A stretch of DNA of 20,000 bases from positions 120,008 through 140,007 of the forward strand of contig PPNB01000023.1 of assembly GCA_003707115.1 (NCBI GenBank). The letters are read 5' to 3'. The position numbers were made by a program, and so were the translations under genes. The first letter of the stretch is position 1; every line of letters begins with the position of its first letter. The notes under the pieces were generated by a model that was given only the letters and a program-made list of their open reading frames with translations, had not been told where the DNA came from and made no database searches. Positions 1-9,303 of this stretch are shown here, in pieces. Source of the stretch: Tortispora ganteri. Taxonomy: Eukaryota.

Positions 1-2
1 AA

Positions 3-614
3 TCTATGTACGCGCCTTTCGACCTGAGAGTAAAAACAGCACTGCGCGATACTTTGGTCTATCAGGAAGACGGCAAATACAAAGTGAAAACGCCGACATG
101 GGCCCACGTCCAGTCATATATCGGGTCCCGCCATTCCATGAGAGCTATATACAACAGTCTGCTCAATATCAGTATCCCCACGCTGCACATTGTCGGCGGT
201 AGTGCGCGATGGAACCACCCTGATACAGCCAAGGCAATCAGTCACGCACTTGGCGAAGTCGGTGAGCTCATAGTCGTTCCAAAAGTAGGACACATGCTAG
301 TCGCCGAGAATCCTGTTGAGACTGCCGACAGCGTCAAGGGCTTCTTGGTGAAATCAAGAAAATATTGGATAGACAACGAGGGCCGTCTTGATCCTGCAAC
401 CGGCAAAGTCAGCTCTTCAAACGACTATGACTCGCTTTTCATTCCAGATCCAGAGTTCTTCGAACATGATACATTGAGACAGAAAGTCGTAGCTCATCGC
501 AACAATATTGGTCACGCACTTGATCTGGCAGTCAAAGGAGACACATCACACCTTCCAGGACCGGATATATTGAGACAAGCAATTAGCCTGGCAAATGTCA
601 TGGCCAAACTTTGA
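3..614 (+). CDS. LPX1: Peroxisomal alpha/beta-hydrolase (Lpx1-like lipase/esterase), 5'-partial; the frame is open to the window edge
   Basis: TLHIVGGSARWNHP and VPKVGHMLVAENP resemble the C-terminal strand and catalytic-His loop of S. cerevisiae Lpx1 as I recall them. The C-terminus is -AKL*, a canonical PTS1. The nucleophile motif would lie upstream of the window, so the Met at 6 is probably internal. Confidence 0.65.
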   Translation, partial: SMYAPFDLRVKTALRDTLVYQEDGKYKVKTPTWAHVQSYIGSRHSMRAIYNSLLNISIPTLHIVGGSARWNHPDTAKAISHALGEVGELIVVPKVGHMLVAENPVETADSVKGFLVKSRKYWIDNEGRLDPATGKVSSSNDYDSLFIPDPEFFEHDTLRQKVVAHRNNIGHALDLAVKGDTSHLPGPDILRQAISLANVMAKL

Positions 615-1229
615 GGATATTCTGGAGAAAAATTTAGTTCCGATACACAAGAACAACGCCAAACTTATTTCAGATAGGTAGAGTTAAGAGCACATTCCAA
701 TTGAGGCAAGACACATCAACTTAATTCGTATGTGAAACTTGACATGTGTTTTTCATTTGCGCATCAGCAGAATATAAATACTATTCTCCACTCTCCATTC
801 TACCTTGAAATGGCTATGCACAAAAAACTAAAGCTCGCGTTAATGTCAAAAACCTTGCTTATTGCAGATAAATCCTAAATTAGTTAAGTCATACAGAGAA
901 AGTAGGAGCGGAAAATATGCCGCGTGGACCTGTTTGAGCTCTTTTAGATCGCAATACCTAACCGCATCTATAATCGATTGCAGCACATCATTTGGCGAGT
1001 TTTTCCGAAGCCCACGATCGTCTTTGAGCTATTTCCTGTTACAGCCTTGTCAAGTAAGCGGCGCTACCCGTTATGATAGTCTCTAAGTTTCAGTTATTAC
1101 CCCCCATAGTGCCCGAAAACTTAGTTTACGATATTCGCCAAGTCATTAGGAACAAGAACAACTCGATTTGCTCGCATCCACGACCAGCAAGGGGGTCTTA
1201 GATATTAGTTAAAATGTCATCAGCAATTA

Positions 1230-1504
1230 ATGAGCATTATTTCGATATAACTTTCGCACCATATGGAAGAATACTCAGATCGGAAAAGTTGATCTCATCC
1301 CTCTAAGGTGTATATTGACTCAAAATAGAGTTCTTCATATTGCTATGCAAAAGCAAATATGAGCATTATGATTGGCTAAATATACTGGACTGATTAAACT
1401 CAATGATCCAAAATATGGTTGGGACGGGGAGTATCCGAATAATATCGATGTAAGTGCAAAGTCCGTCTCACCGTAATGAGTGTCTTCTCGGACTATATAA
1501 GTCC
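1230..1504 (+). promoter_or_regulatory. Putative AOX promoter
   Basis: TATATAA 1494-1500 about 100 bp before the ATG; reverse CCAAT box TGATTGG 1369-1375; TGACTCA 1316-1322; CGG-N7-CCG 1425-1437; CCG-N5-CCG 1463-1473; direct repeat ATGAGCATTAT at 1230-1240 and 1359-1369. Confidence 0.5.
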
Positions 1505-1599
1505 CCTCCAAACATTATCTTTTTTCAGTTATTTCAATATCAATTCTAATTCCACTGCACTGTTTTCTTGTACTAGTTCTTAATAGAACAATCAGATAT

Positions 1600-2634
1600 A
1601 TGTTGAGAACAAACACAAATCAAACCGTCACGTACCTGAGGTACATCGTTCGTCCAAGCATTGTGCTGCAGGCACCATATGTTGAAATGAACAATAAAAA
1701 ACGCTATGCTTCCACCGCACCACATCCAACAATAACACCAAACAGCTCAAAGACTCAAGGAAAATCTATCGTCGAAGAAAGCGCTGCATATCTCTCAGAA
1801 GGCGACGGCGAAATGTGGGTGCACCCGATCTACACCAAAGCTCAAATTGAAGAAATCAATGTCGCCCATAGAGAAGCTAAAACATTCCGTGACCGTTTCG
1901 CACTGACTGCTATTAGAATAATTCGATCTACCTTTGATTTCGCCACCGGTTACAGGCATCCGCCACCTGGCCACGAGGCGGACAAGAAGTTCGAAATGAC
2001 GCCAGAGTTGTGGTTGCGTCGATTCTTATTTCTGGAATCGATTGCCGGTGTACCCGGCATGGTCGGGGGAATGGTTCGTCACCTTCAATCTCTTCGCATA
2101 CTGCGTAGAGATAATGCATGGATTGAAACACTCTTGGAGGAGGCATACAATGAACGCATGCATTTATTGACATTCATGCAGTTAACTTCTCCAGGATGGT
2201 TTATGCGTCTGATGCTGCTCGGAGGCCAGGGAGTTTTTTTCAACCTGTTTTTCGTTTCGTATCTATTAAGCCCGCGCACATGTCATCGTTTCGTCGGGTA
2301 CCTTGAAGAAGAAGCGATTATCACTTATACAAGGTGTCTGCAAGACATTTCAGCCGGAAGAATTCCTGAATGGAAAACCCAAGGTGTCCCTGAAATTGCC
2401 AAAAAGTACTGGAGGCTCGACGATACAGCAACAATGGAAGACCTAATTTACTATGTTCGCGCGGATGAAGCCAAGCACAGGGAAGTCAACCACACACTTG
2501 CAAATTTAAAGTCGAGCGATCCAAATCCTTTCGTCATCCATACTGTTCATAACAAAAATCAACCTTCTAAATCTCTCAAGACTTATAACCCCATTGGATG
2601 GGAACGCGAGGACGTCATTGGTCCTGATAACTAA
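1600..2634 (+). CDS. AOX1: Mitochondrial alternative oxidase (cyanide-insensitive ubiquinol oxidase), 344 aa, intronless
   Basis: All di-iron carboxylate motifs are present: FLESIAGVPGMV, LEEAYNERMHL, GYLEEEA, RADEAKH. It has a fungal-type C-terminus (GWEREDVI) and a basic N-terminal presequence (..KKRYAS). Confidence 0.97.
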   Translation: MLRTNTNQTVTYLRYIVRPSIVLQAPYVEMNNKKRYASTAPHPTITPNSSKTQGKSIVEESAAYLSEGDGEMWVHPIYTKAQIEEINVAHREAKTFRDRFALTAIRIIRSTFDFATGYRHPPPGHEADKKFEMTPELWLRRFLFLESIAGVPGMVGGMVRHLQSLRILRRDNAWIETLLEEAYNERMHLLTFMQLTSPGWFMRLMLLGGQGVFFNLFFVSYLLSPRTCHRFVGYLEEEAIITYTRCLQDISAGRIPEWKTQGVPEIAKKYWRLDDTATMEDLIYYVRADEAKHREVNHTLANLKSSDPNPFVIHTVHNKNQPSKSLKTYNPIGWEREDVIGPDN

Positions 2635-2728
2635 ACTGTTCACAAGATATATAAGGGCTCTCCTCAACTGACTGCTCTATTTTTGTACACCAATCACATT
2701 GTCATATCACCATTACAGACTCTTCTTT

Positions 2729-3493
2729 TCACTTTTCTGGATTTTTCGTACTAGGTTTCAATATTTTAACAGCGTCCTTAGAAAACACATAGCTCAATCC
2801 AGATGCAATCGTAGTGCCGGCAACGACATACTCTAGGCCGTGGATAGCTAGTATGGCAGATTCTGGAAATGCAAATGCAGCCTCCACAATGTACGTTCCA
2901 ATCAAACCCATTTGAAGCGCAGTATTGACCTTCGATATATAAGTAGGTCGCACTTCAGCAGAGGGGAGACTCATGTCCCAAAATCTCGTGAAAGTTACGG
3001 GTGGAGGCAGAGATATGTACCGAAAGTAGAGCGACGAAAGTAGCAGAAAAGCGTCTCTGCCGAGTATTAAAAATGCAAGTACACCAGGCATTGTATCTTT
3101 AATATATAGGGCCGTTGTGAGCGTCACCATCAATGCTTTGTCCGCGAAAGGGTCAATTATCGTGCCGACGACAGATTTCATTGAATATCGTCGGGCAATG
3201 AACCCATCTAGCAGGTCAGTTACGCACGCATAACCAAATAGGCAAAATGCATACATATCGTGTCCCTGTACTAGCAGATACGCAATTGCAGGTGTAGCGC
3301 ATATCCGGGAGAATGTCAAGATATTAGGGATCGTGTATATATTTTCGTGTTTCTCTACCGGTTTGGGCGGCTTATTCATTGCCGGCCAGCTCCGCGAGAA
3401 ATTACGTGAAACACTAAACAGAAATACACTGGACCGAGGTGCATGTATGAGCGGGCGCACAGCAGACCTAAAACATGCAGATCGTATCATCAT
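2729..3493 (-). CDS. CRD1: Cardiolipin synthase (CDP-alcohol phosphatidyltransferase family), 254 aa
   Basis: ENIYTIPNILTFSR, the family signature TDLLDGFIARR...GTIIDPFADK, and SKVNTALQ; Arg/Ser-rich mitochondrial presequence. Confidence 0.95.
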   Translation of the reverse strand: MMIRSACFRSAVRPLIHAPRSSVFLFSVSRNFSRSWPAMNKPPKPVEKHENIYTIPNILTFSRICATPAIAYLLVQGHDMYAFCLFGYACVTDLLDGFIARRYSMKSVVGTIIDPFADKALMVTLTTALYIKDTMPGVLAFLILGRDAFLLLSSLYFRYISLPPPVTFTRFWDMSLPSAEVRPTYISKVNTALQMGLIGTYIVEAAFAFPESAILAIHGLEYVVAGTTIASGLSYVFSKDAVKILKPSTKNPEK

Positions 3494-3500
3494 TGTCGTT

Positions 3501-3528
3501 AAAAAAAAAAGGAAAAAAAAAAGAAAAG
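3501..3528. promoter_or_regulatory. Poly(dA:dT) tract directly upstream of CRD1
   Basis: A10-GG-A10-G-A4-G on the + strand (T-rich on the CRD1 sense strand), 8-35 bp before the ATG. A nucleosome-excluding or 5'UTR role is inferred. Confidence 0.5.
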
Positions 3529-3544
3529 ATCAATTAAGCGGTGG

Positions 3545-3570
3545 AGTAAAGAGGTGAAGTAAAGAGGTGA
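3545..3570. repeat. Perfect 13-bp tandem duplication (AGTAAAGAGGTGA x2)
   Basis: 3545-3557 is identical to 3558-3570, in the 118-bp CUL3-CRD1 spacer. Confidence 0.9.
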
Positions 3571-3611
3571 GGTCGATAAAGTTTGTTGGGACCCGATAAA
3601 CAATTTAACGT

Positions 3612-6034
3612 TCACGCCTTATATTGATAAACGCTAGCGTCCTCGTCCGATCGCTCTAAGTAGTCTTTGTCTATAAGAACCTCGACTCTCTTTTTGATAA
3701 TTATGACATCAGGCTCAAAGTGACGCGTCAGCTGCCGGATCACCTCCATCACCAGCGCTGTGTGGTGCATGCTCTTGTTAGCTTTCATCACCCGTATAAT
3801 GGCGGCATCCACTGCCAGCTCTCTGGCGTTGTTCACTTTATTGAAAGTGTTTTCGTGCTCCTCCTCTGTCTCAGCTTGGTTTATCGTTGTCTCGTTACTG
3901 TTTTTCGCTCCTGATTTGGGTGTCACAAGCGCAACACGGATCTTGCGCTGCTTCGACACAAATTCCTGATTCAAGTACACCCGATCACTCCCAGAAATAG
4001 TACTGTTCATTGGCTCTTTCCGCAGGATTCTCGTCCGCGGTGGTAGTATCATCGAAAGAAGGTGCTTAGAAAGATCCTCCTGTCCTATATTCGTCCTTTC
4101 TTGCAGTTCATCAATTGTCAAATATCCGCCCTCTTCAATGTCGTTAAACTGCAAAAGAATAACCATACCAAAAGTCGGTGCAATTATGTCGTAGGCTCTT
4201 CCGTTAATAATAGTAGAAATCTCCCCCGAACCTAAACCCGCTACCCAATTGAGCACCCTTCCGTCGTGCTCATTTCTGTAGAATTTCTCAAATTCTTCCA
4301 TAAGTCCTCTTACTTCGTCGGGAAACCGTATTTGTTCACGCTTCGTCATATCTAGTAAATAGTTCGGCCAGAATGGCTCCCTCAAAAGCAGCGGAGAAAG
4401 ACTAAATTCATGTGACATTGAATTAGAAGTTTTATACTTCTCAAAATCAGCCTTGTTGACTTCAGATATCAGTACATCATCACACATCTTCAGCATGCTG
4501 TGGGCATAAGTCACGCCTTGCAAGTCCTTCAATTTCAGAATCAAAAGCTCGTCAGCTTCGGTCAATACCCGCTGGTTCAGCAATCGTTTAGCCAGATGCT
4601 TTTGATAATACGTCTGAAAAAGATCTGCATCCTTTAAGTACTTAAACATACTCAACCCATTTTCAATAATGTTATTGAGCTCTTCTTTGGGTAATTTCTC
4701 AGACCTTCGGATTCCGTCATCCAAATAAAGCGAAACAAACTCAGGTGCACGTTTCGTATTATTTATCACGGAAATAAATGCGTCATCGATAGTGGCTTGT
4801 ATGTCATTAGAATTGTCAAATGATGCTTCCAACATGGCTTCAAGTTTCCGTTTATAACTGACAAGCTTTTGAATCCATATGAATGCTTTCTGTGTTATTT
4901 CCTGAGCTTTTACCTTTGTTTTCACAGCCCCATCATCAACAAGCGGTAAAGGATCTACCAGAACCGACTTGTACGAATCACATTCCGCATAAACAGCGTT
5001 ATGAAGATGCTGCTTAAAAATCACTCTATCTAAGTCTACTCTGCCGGCAAACTCGTATGCTAATCGAGCACTGGTATAGTCAAATACCGAAATAATATGT
5101 TGGAGCCCCACAGGAGAAAAGTTGAACACGTCTTCAAGAGTGTTTTGAAAGAAAATGTGATCTTGTGTAACTATCAGCTGAGGACGTGTAGACTCTGCCA
5201 ATAAATGGAATACATCATGCTCTTCCTGTCTGAACGTTGAATTGAGCTGTGCAAAATAAACAACAGCATTATGCTGTTGCAAGAGGGTATCCTTTATCGT
5301 ACTGTAGTAATCGGCGGATGCTCGCACTACTTCCGGTTCAAATTCATCCTCGTAGTAACTAGATACTTGCGCGGCTCCGCCGGGGGCGATTGATGTGATA
5401 GTAAGTGACTGCATAAACTGCATCATTGCATTGAATGTATGCAGATCAATCGACCGGCCTTGTCGTATCTCGTTAATTTGACTCAGAAGACAATTGAAGA
5501 GGTACTTCTGCACTTCCGGGACAGACACAACGTATGTTCGAAGCATGTAAAGGCCCATGTCGCTGATAATCGGCCGCCTGGCTTCCTTCGAATATACCCG
5601 ATCGCAGTATATCATTATATCGCTAATCATGCGGACAGCTATAGAGAATTCGTTCGCCACTGCCAATATCTCTTGCAAAAACAACGAAGGATCAGAATTG
5701 GTGCTCATTAGTGGTATTATACGCGTATTTATTATAGTAGACAGCAGATCTCTCAGTTTAGCAGCAGTTTTATCATATAATTGTGCACCCATTCTCCAGA
5801 GAACAAGTACATATTGTGCCCTGTATAGCTGTTCGTACGACAATTTTGATGAGTTACGCTTGAATATCTCGTCAATAGCATTAGATAGTGTCTCCCAGGT
5901 GGTATTGAAGTCTTTTTCGGTTTTATCATGCTATAAATGGTTAGTATTACTGTATGGTTACAAACAACTACCTAATATTATTCACTTACCTTCTTAGGAG
6001 GTTTGATTTTCGTCCGCGGTCGAATAGTAGACAT
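3612..6034 (-). CDS. CUL3: Cullin-3, spliced: exon 1 6034-5990, exon 2 5930-3612, 787 aa
   Basis: The spliced N-terminus MSTIRPRTKIKPPKK|HDKTEKDFNTTWETLSNAIDEIFKRNSSKLSYEQLYR is Cul3-type. Also PEFVSLYLDD, YYQKHLAKRLL, the neddylation motif AAIIRVMK and the C-terminal LIDKDYLER...YQYKA. The ORF-track start at 5843 is a TTG Leu codon. Confidence 0.92.
5931..5989 (-). other. Spliceosomal intron in CUL3 (59 nt, phase 0)
   Basis: GTAAGT donor, TACTAAC branch point, CATTTATAG acceptor. Splicing joins a 15-codon ATG exon in frame to the cullin ORF. Confidence 0.93.
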
Positions 6035-6183
6035 GTTTCAAGGTGTTGTAGCCGTCCTTGGTGGAGGAGGAAAGGCTGAATGTTGAGTGGAGGAGAGAGT
6101 CCCAAAGTCTCCCATCTGAGAATAGCCACACATCTTCCTCCTATCCAGCGACTAATTCTTGCATATATTAAGACCCTTTAAAA

Positions 6184-6573
6184 ATGCTTTTTTCGCCTTC
6201 AAATATGCTAATTTTAAAAAATTTATATCACATTCCGCGGAAAATAAGTATATCAACAACCTTGAATGTTTTGAAAGCTTTCTACTCCAGTAAGACCAAG
6301 ATCGGCCAAATACAACCGAAATACCAGCTGACAATGACTTGTAAACCGTGCAGTCACAGATCATCCCACGAATTTTCAAAACAGGCCTACCACCATGGAA
6401 CAGTTCTAGTCAAGTGTCCAAAGTGTCACAATCGTCATTTAATTGCTGACCATTTAGGTATATTCTCGGACGAGCCTGTAACTGTGGAGGACATACTCGC
6501 TGGAAAATCAGAGAAACTCAAAAAAGGTATCAAGCTTGAACCCGAGGGCAACATAGAATGGCTTCCTGAATAA
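6184..6573 (+). CDS. ZIM17: Mitochondrial Hsp70 escort protein Zim17/Tim15/Hep1 (DNL-type zinc finger), 129 aa
   Basis: YQLTMTCKPC...SKQAYHHGTVLVKCPKCHNRHLIADHLGIF; basic N-terminal presequence without acidic residues. Confidence 0.95.
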   Translation: MLFSPSNMLILKNLYHIPRKISISTTLNVLKAFYSSKTKIGQIQPKYQLTMTCKPCSHRSSHEFSKQAYHHGTVLVKCPKCHNRHLIADHLGIFSDEPVTVEDILAGKSEKLKKGIKLEPEGNIEWLPE

Positions 6574-6601
6574 TCATTTCGAATCATATCTCTTATTTAC
6601 A

Positions 6602-9289
6602 TTAAAATATCACTTCGCATCCCGTTTTCTGAATGATGGTTCTTTGTAACCTTTTAATCGTCGTGTGCCATAACTGGTTACCACATCCTTTCAATAAAAT
6701 ATTGAGCCACTTAACACCATTGATCGCCGTACTCCGGTTACCCTCTATATCGATCAGATCACTTATATATTTGCCAATATATTTTTCGGTTTCATAATCT
6801 GGTCCAATATCTTTTCTCGCTTCAACCCATTTACTAAGAAAATTATTAAAATCTTCTTCGTTCATCGTCATTCCTTTCAATTTCGCGAACGTGCCTCGTA
6901 TTCCCGATCTTTGCCCCACAGCTTTATGTCCTCTTTTCTGCTCGTGATGTTCATAGATTGTTTGCTCCTGTACACTTTTAGGTAATCTGATAAAAACTTC
7001 CCAGCTTATGTTTTCTCCGAGCCCTTTCTTCAGGCTTGTCCACTGACTTAGTGTAATCTCGTCATTAACTTCCGTGTCCACTGCAATTTCATTCTCATTT
7101 TCAACCCCTTTCCCTTCCCGGTCGTATGCATTCATTATTTCTTGCCTTATATGTTCCGGTAAAGCATCAAAAACGTCTTGGTCTACCTGGGATAGGCGCG
7201 GTAGGACTTCACATTTCTCTCCTCTTGTAGCTATATCCTTCTCAATAGTCTTTTTGATCTCATCCGGTAATTGTGCAAGCACACGTGGATCAACTTGACT
7301 TGGAACTTGAATGGGACTGTTTTTTATCTCTTGCGGTCTTGCATCAACAACTTTGCCAAGTCTGATACGCTTGCGAATTTCCTCTTGCAAGCTTGGAGGC
7401 AGCTGCGATAAAACAGACATGTCGATCTGTGAAGGAATATCACAATCATCTGATCCAGATTTCCTTTTATTGTTTTTTCCTTTTTCTTCTAATAAGGCAA
7501 AGTTCAGCCTTTGTTGTTTGTCATCATAATCCTGGTGAACTAGTTTGGTTACCTGCAGGCCAATGCCTCTGAGTTCATTTGGAGGAGCATCCACGGCTAG
7601 TACCTCTTTCCATGCATATGAAAAAATATAGTCGGATTCGTCTGTATACATATACAGCGGAGTAGACCGCGTAATGCTGTCACATTTGCCGCAACCAAGG
7701 TGTTTAGTTGACTCGATAGGTGCGTCTTTTGCGCGAATGAGCAGTTTTACCGTTAAAAAAGAGCCCTTCATGTTAATCTCTTTCAATCTTCGAGATATTT
7801 CTTTAGTAAACGATCGCATAAAATTTTCTGTTTCCTGCAGGTTGTTAAACCTTATACCCCAGGATATATCTGCTGAGACAGATTTCCTATCCGGAATTAT
7901 CCTTATGTCTGTGTCATCTTCATTACGGCAATACTTGAACAAAATTTCACCCGTTCTGTTACCTACACATTTTTGCAACTGTTCCAGAGTGAAAGTTCGC
8001 AAATCGCTAAGCGTATATGCATTGAAGTTCTGTGATAGTTTGGCTGACAATGACGGGCCGATTCTCGGTAGCGACTTTAGTGAACACGCACCTAGTTCCT
8101 GGTCGATACTGGCAGAATCCAGCAGGACAACATATCCGTCAGGTTTTGCACGACGTAAGGCAACTTTAGCACATAGTACATTCGGACCTATACCCACACT
8201 GATTGTGCACCTTGTACATTCAAAGATATGCTGTCTCATTTCCTGAGCAACTTGGTGTGCTGCATCAACGACAGACATGGCTCCATTCGCACGAGTATAG
8301 CATAAACTGGATATATCAACAAGTACTTCATCCACAGAGACAGGTAGCACAGCGTCTACTCCAATTTTGAGGATATAATCGTACAGAGCCTTTGAGACGG
8401 TTTCATAAGCTTCGAAATCGTAAGACAAGCAATGAAGGTCTGGGCAGAGTTGTCTGGCCTTGCCTAGCCACATTCCGTTTGTGATACCGTATTCGCGAGC
8501 TATATAGTTACAGCTCGCAATATCAGCGCTGGAGTTTTCAGTTATAGAGGTAGAATTTGTGACACATACCGGTTTCTGAGCGAGATGGGGGAACTTTAAT
8601 AAGGAGACAGAGGCAAAAAAGCAATCGAAATCGATATGTGCGATAATCTGACGGTCTTTCTGTGACGACGAAGTCTTTTGTGCCATATATTTTGTAACAT
8701 GGCTCTGAAAATGATATTTCAATTCGGCCTTCCAAGTGCTGAGGTGGTGTAGGCGCGAATTAGCGTAGAATTGCAGGATGAAATTGTCAGAATCTTGGCC
8801 AGCTCTGTGTGAAGGTTGTTTCATTTGAACAGGTTTAGTCAGTTTGAGCGTCATATTGTTTCTAGCTATATCAATAACCGAATAATCGAATATCGGCAGT
8901 AATTTACCTGCTGCTGCGCTGTCGACGACCCATTGTGGTTTGACGACCTTGTACTTACGAAACTCCTCCATTTTACGCGGAGTGAGCTGTGTAGCGATTA
9001 TATGCGTGACTGAAGACTTGCTGCTTAAAAATTGCAAAGAAACTCCACCGCGGCTGCTTATTATTTCAGCAAGTTCACGTGGATCAGGAAATGTATAGCC
9101 GTTGATGTAACAGATGCAATCATTGAAGATCTGAGGTAATGTATTGTCGACTTTATCTTTACAAATCTCGACAAGTTTTGATTGCTTGTGGCGCATATAA
9201 ATTCCAAAATCATCAAATTTCATTGGCTGCTTGCTGGAATTTGTGCCAGATTTTGCCCTACTCCAATCGCTAATTTTCGGTGGCGTCAT
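6602..9289 (-). CDS. REV1: Rev1 deoxycytidyl transferase (Y-family translesion polymerase), 895 aa
   Basis: N-terminal BRCT (YINGYT, THIIA, VKPQWVVDS), N-digit SRLHH, catalytic HIDFDCFF and SVDE, IASCNYIAR, AKPDG, little finger (RKSVSADISWGIRF), UBM repeats and a helical C-terminal domain. Confidence 0.97.
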   Translation of the reverse strand: MTPPKISDWSRAKSGTNSSKQPMKFDDFGIYMRHKQSKLVEICKDKVDNTLPQIFNDCICYINGYTFPDPRELAEIISSRGGVSLQFLSSKSSVTHIIATQLTPRKMEEFRKYKVVKPQWVVDSAAAGKLLPIFDYSVIDIARNNMTLKLTKPVQMKQPSHRAGQDSDNFILQFYANSRLHHLSTWKAELKYHFQSHVTKYMAQKTSSSQKDRQIIAHIDFDCFFASVSLLKFPHLAQKPVCVTNSTSITENSSADIASCNYIAREYGITNGMWLGKARQLCPDLHCLSYDFEAYETVSKALYDYILKIGVDAVLPVSVDEVLVDISSLCYTRANGAMSVVDAAHQVAQEMRQHIFECTRCTISVGIGPNVLCAKVALRRAKPDGYVVLLDSASIDQELGACSLKSLPRIGPSLSAKLSQNFNAYTLSDLRTFTLEQLQKCVGNRTGEILFKYCRNEDDTDIRIIPDRKSVSADISWGIRFNNLQETENFMRSFTKEISRRLKEINMKGSFLTVKLLIRAKDAPIESTKHLGCGKCDSITRSTPLYMYTDESDYIFSYAWKEVLAVDAPPNELRGIGLQVTKLVHQDYDDKQQRLNFALLEEKGKNNKRKSGSDDCDIPSQIDMSVLSQLPPSLQEEIRKRIRLGKVVDARPQEIKNSPIQVPSQVDPRVLAQLPDEIKKTIEKDIATRGEKCEVLPRLSQVDQDVFDALPEHIRQEIMNAYDREGKGVENENEIAVDTEVNDEITLSQWTSLKKGLGENISWEVFIRLPKSVQEQTIYEHHEQKRGHKAVGQRSGIRGTFAKLKGMTMNEEDFNNFLSKWVEARKDIGPDYETEKYIGKYISDLIDIEGNRSTAINGVKWLNILLKGCGNQLWHTTIKRLQRTIIQKTGCEVIF

Positions 9290-9303
9290 CTTCGCCAGAT
9301 CAT
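9286..9303 (-). promoter_or_regulatory. Out-of-frame uORF (MIWRR*) whose TGA overlaps the REV1 ATG
   Basis: The minus strand reads ATG ATC TGG CGA AGA TGA; the REV1 ATG is 9289-9287. It can function only if the transcription start lies upstream of 9303. Confidence 0.5.

Noticed and set aside
862..1086. 74-aa ORF upstream of AOX
   Set aside because: It starts at TTG, has no in-frame ATG and has no recognisable motif.
1403..1455. Short ORF MIQNMVGTGSIRIISM* with a GTAAGT donor at 1450, as a possible AOX upstream exon or uORF
   Set aside because: It lies upstream of the likely TATA box (1494), there is no good branch point, and AOX already has a complete presequence.
3333..3557. 74-aa ORF with a poly-Lys NLS-like stretch
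   Set aside because: The Lys run is simply the translated poly(A) tract; GTG start; antisense to CRD1.
7674..8246. 190-aa + strand ORF, and other antisense ORFs inside REV1, CUL3, CSE1, MTO1, AOX and the transcription factor
   Set aside because: They lie opposite well-conserved genes and have Ser/Phe/Ile-rich shadow composition with no domains; many start at non-ATG codons.
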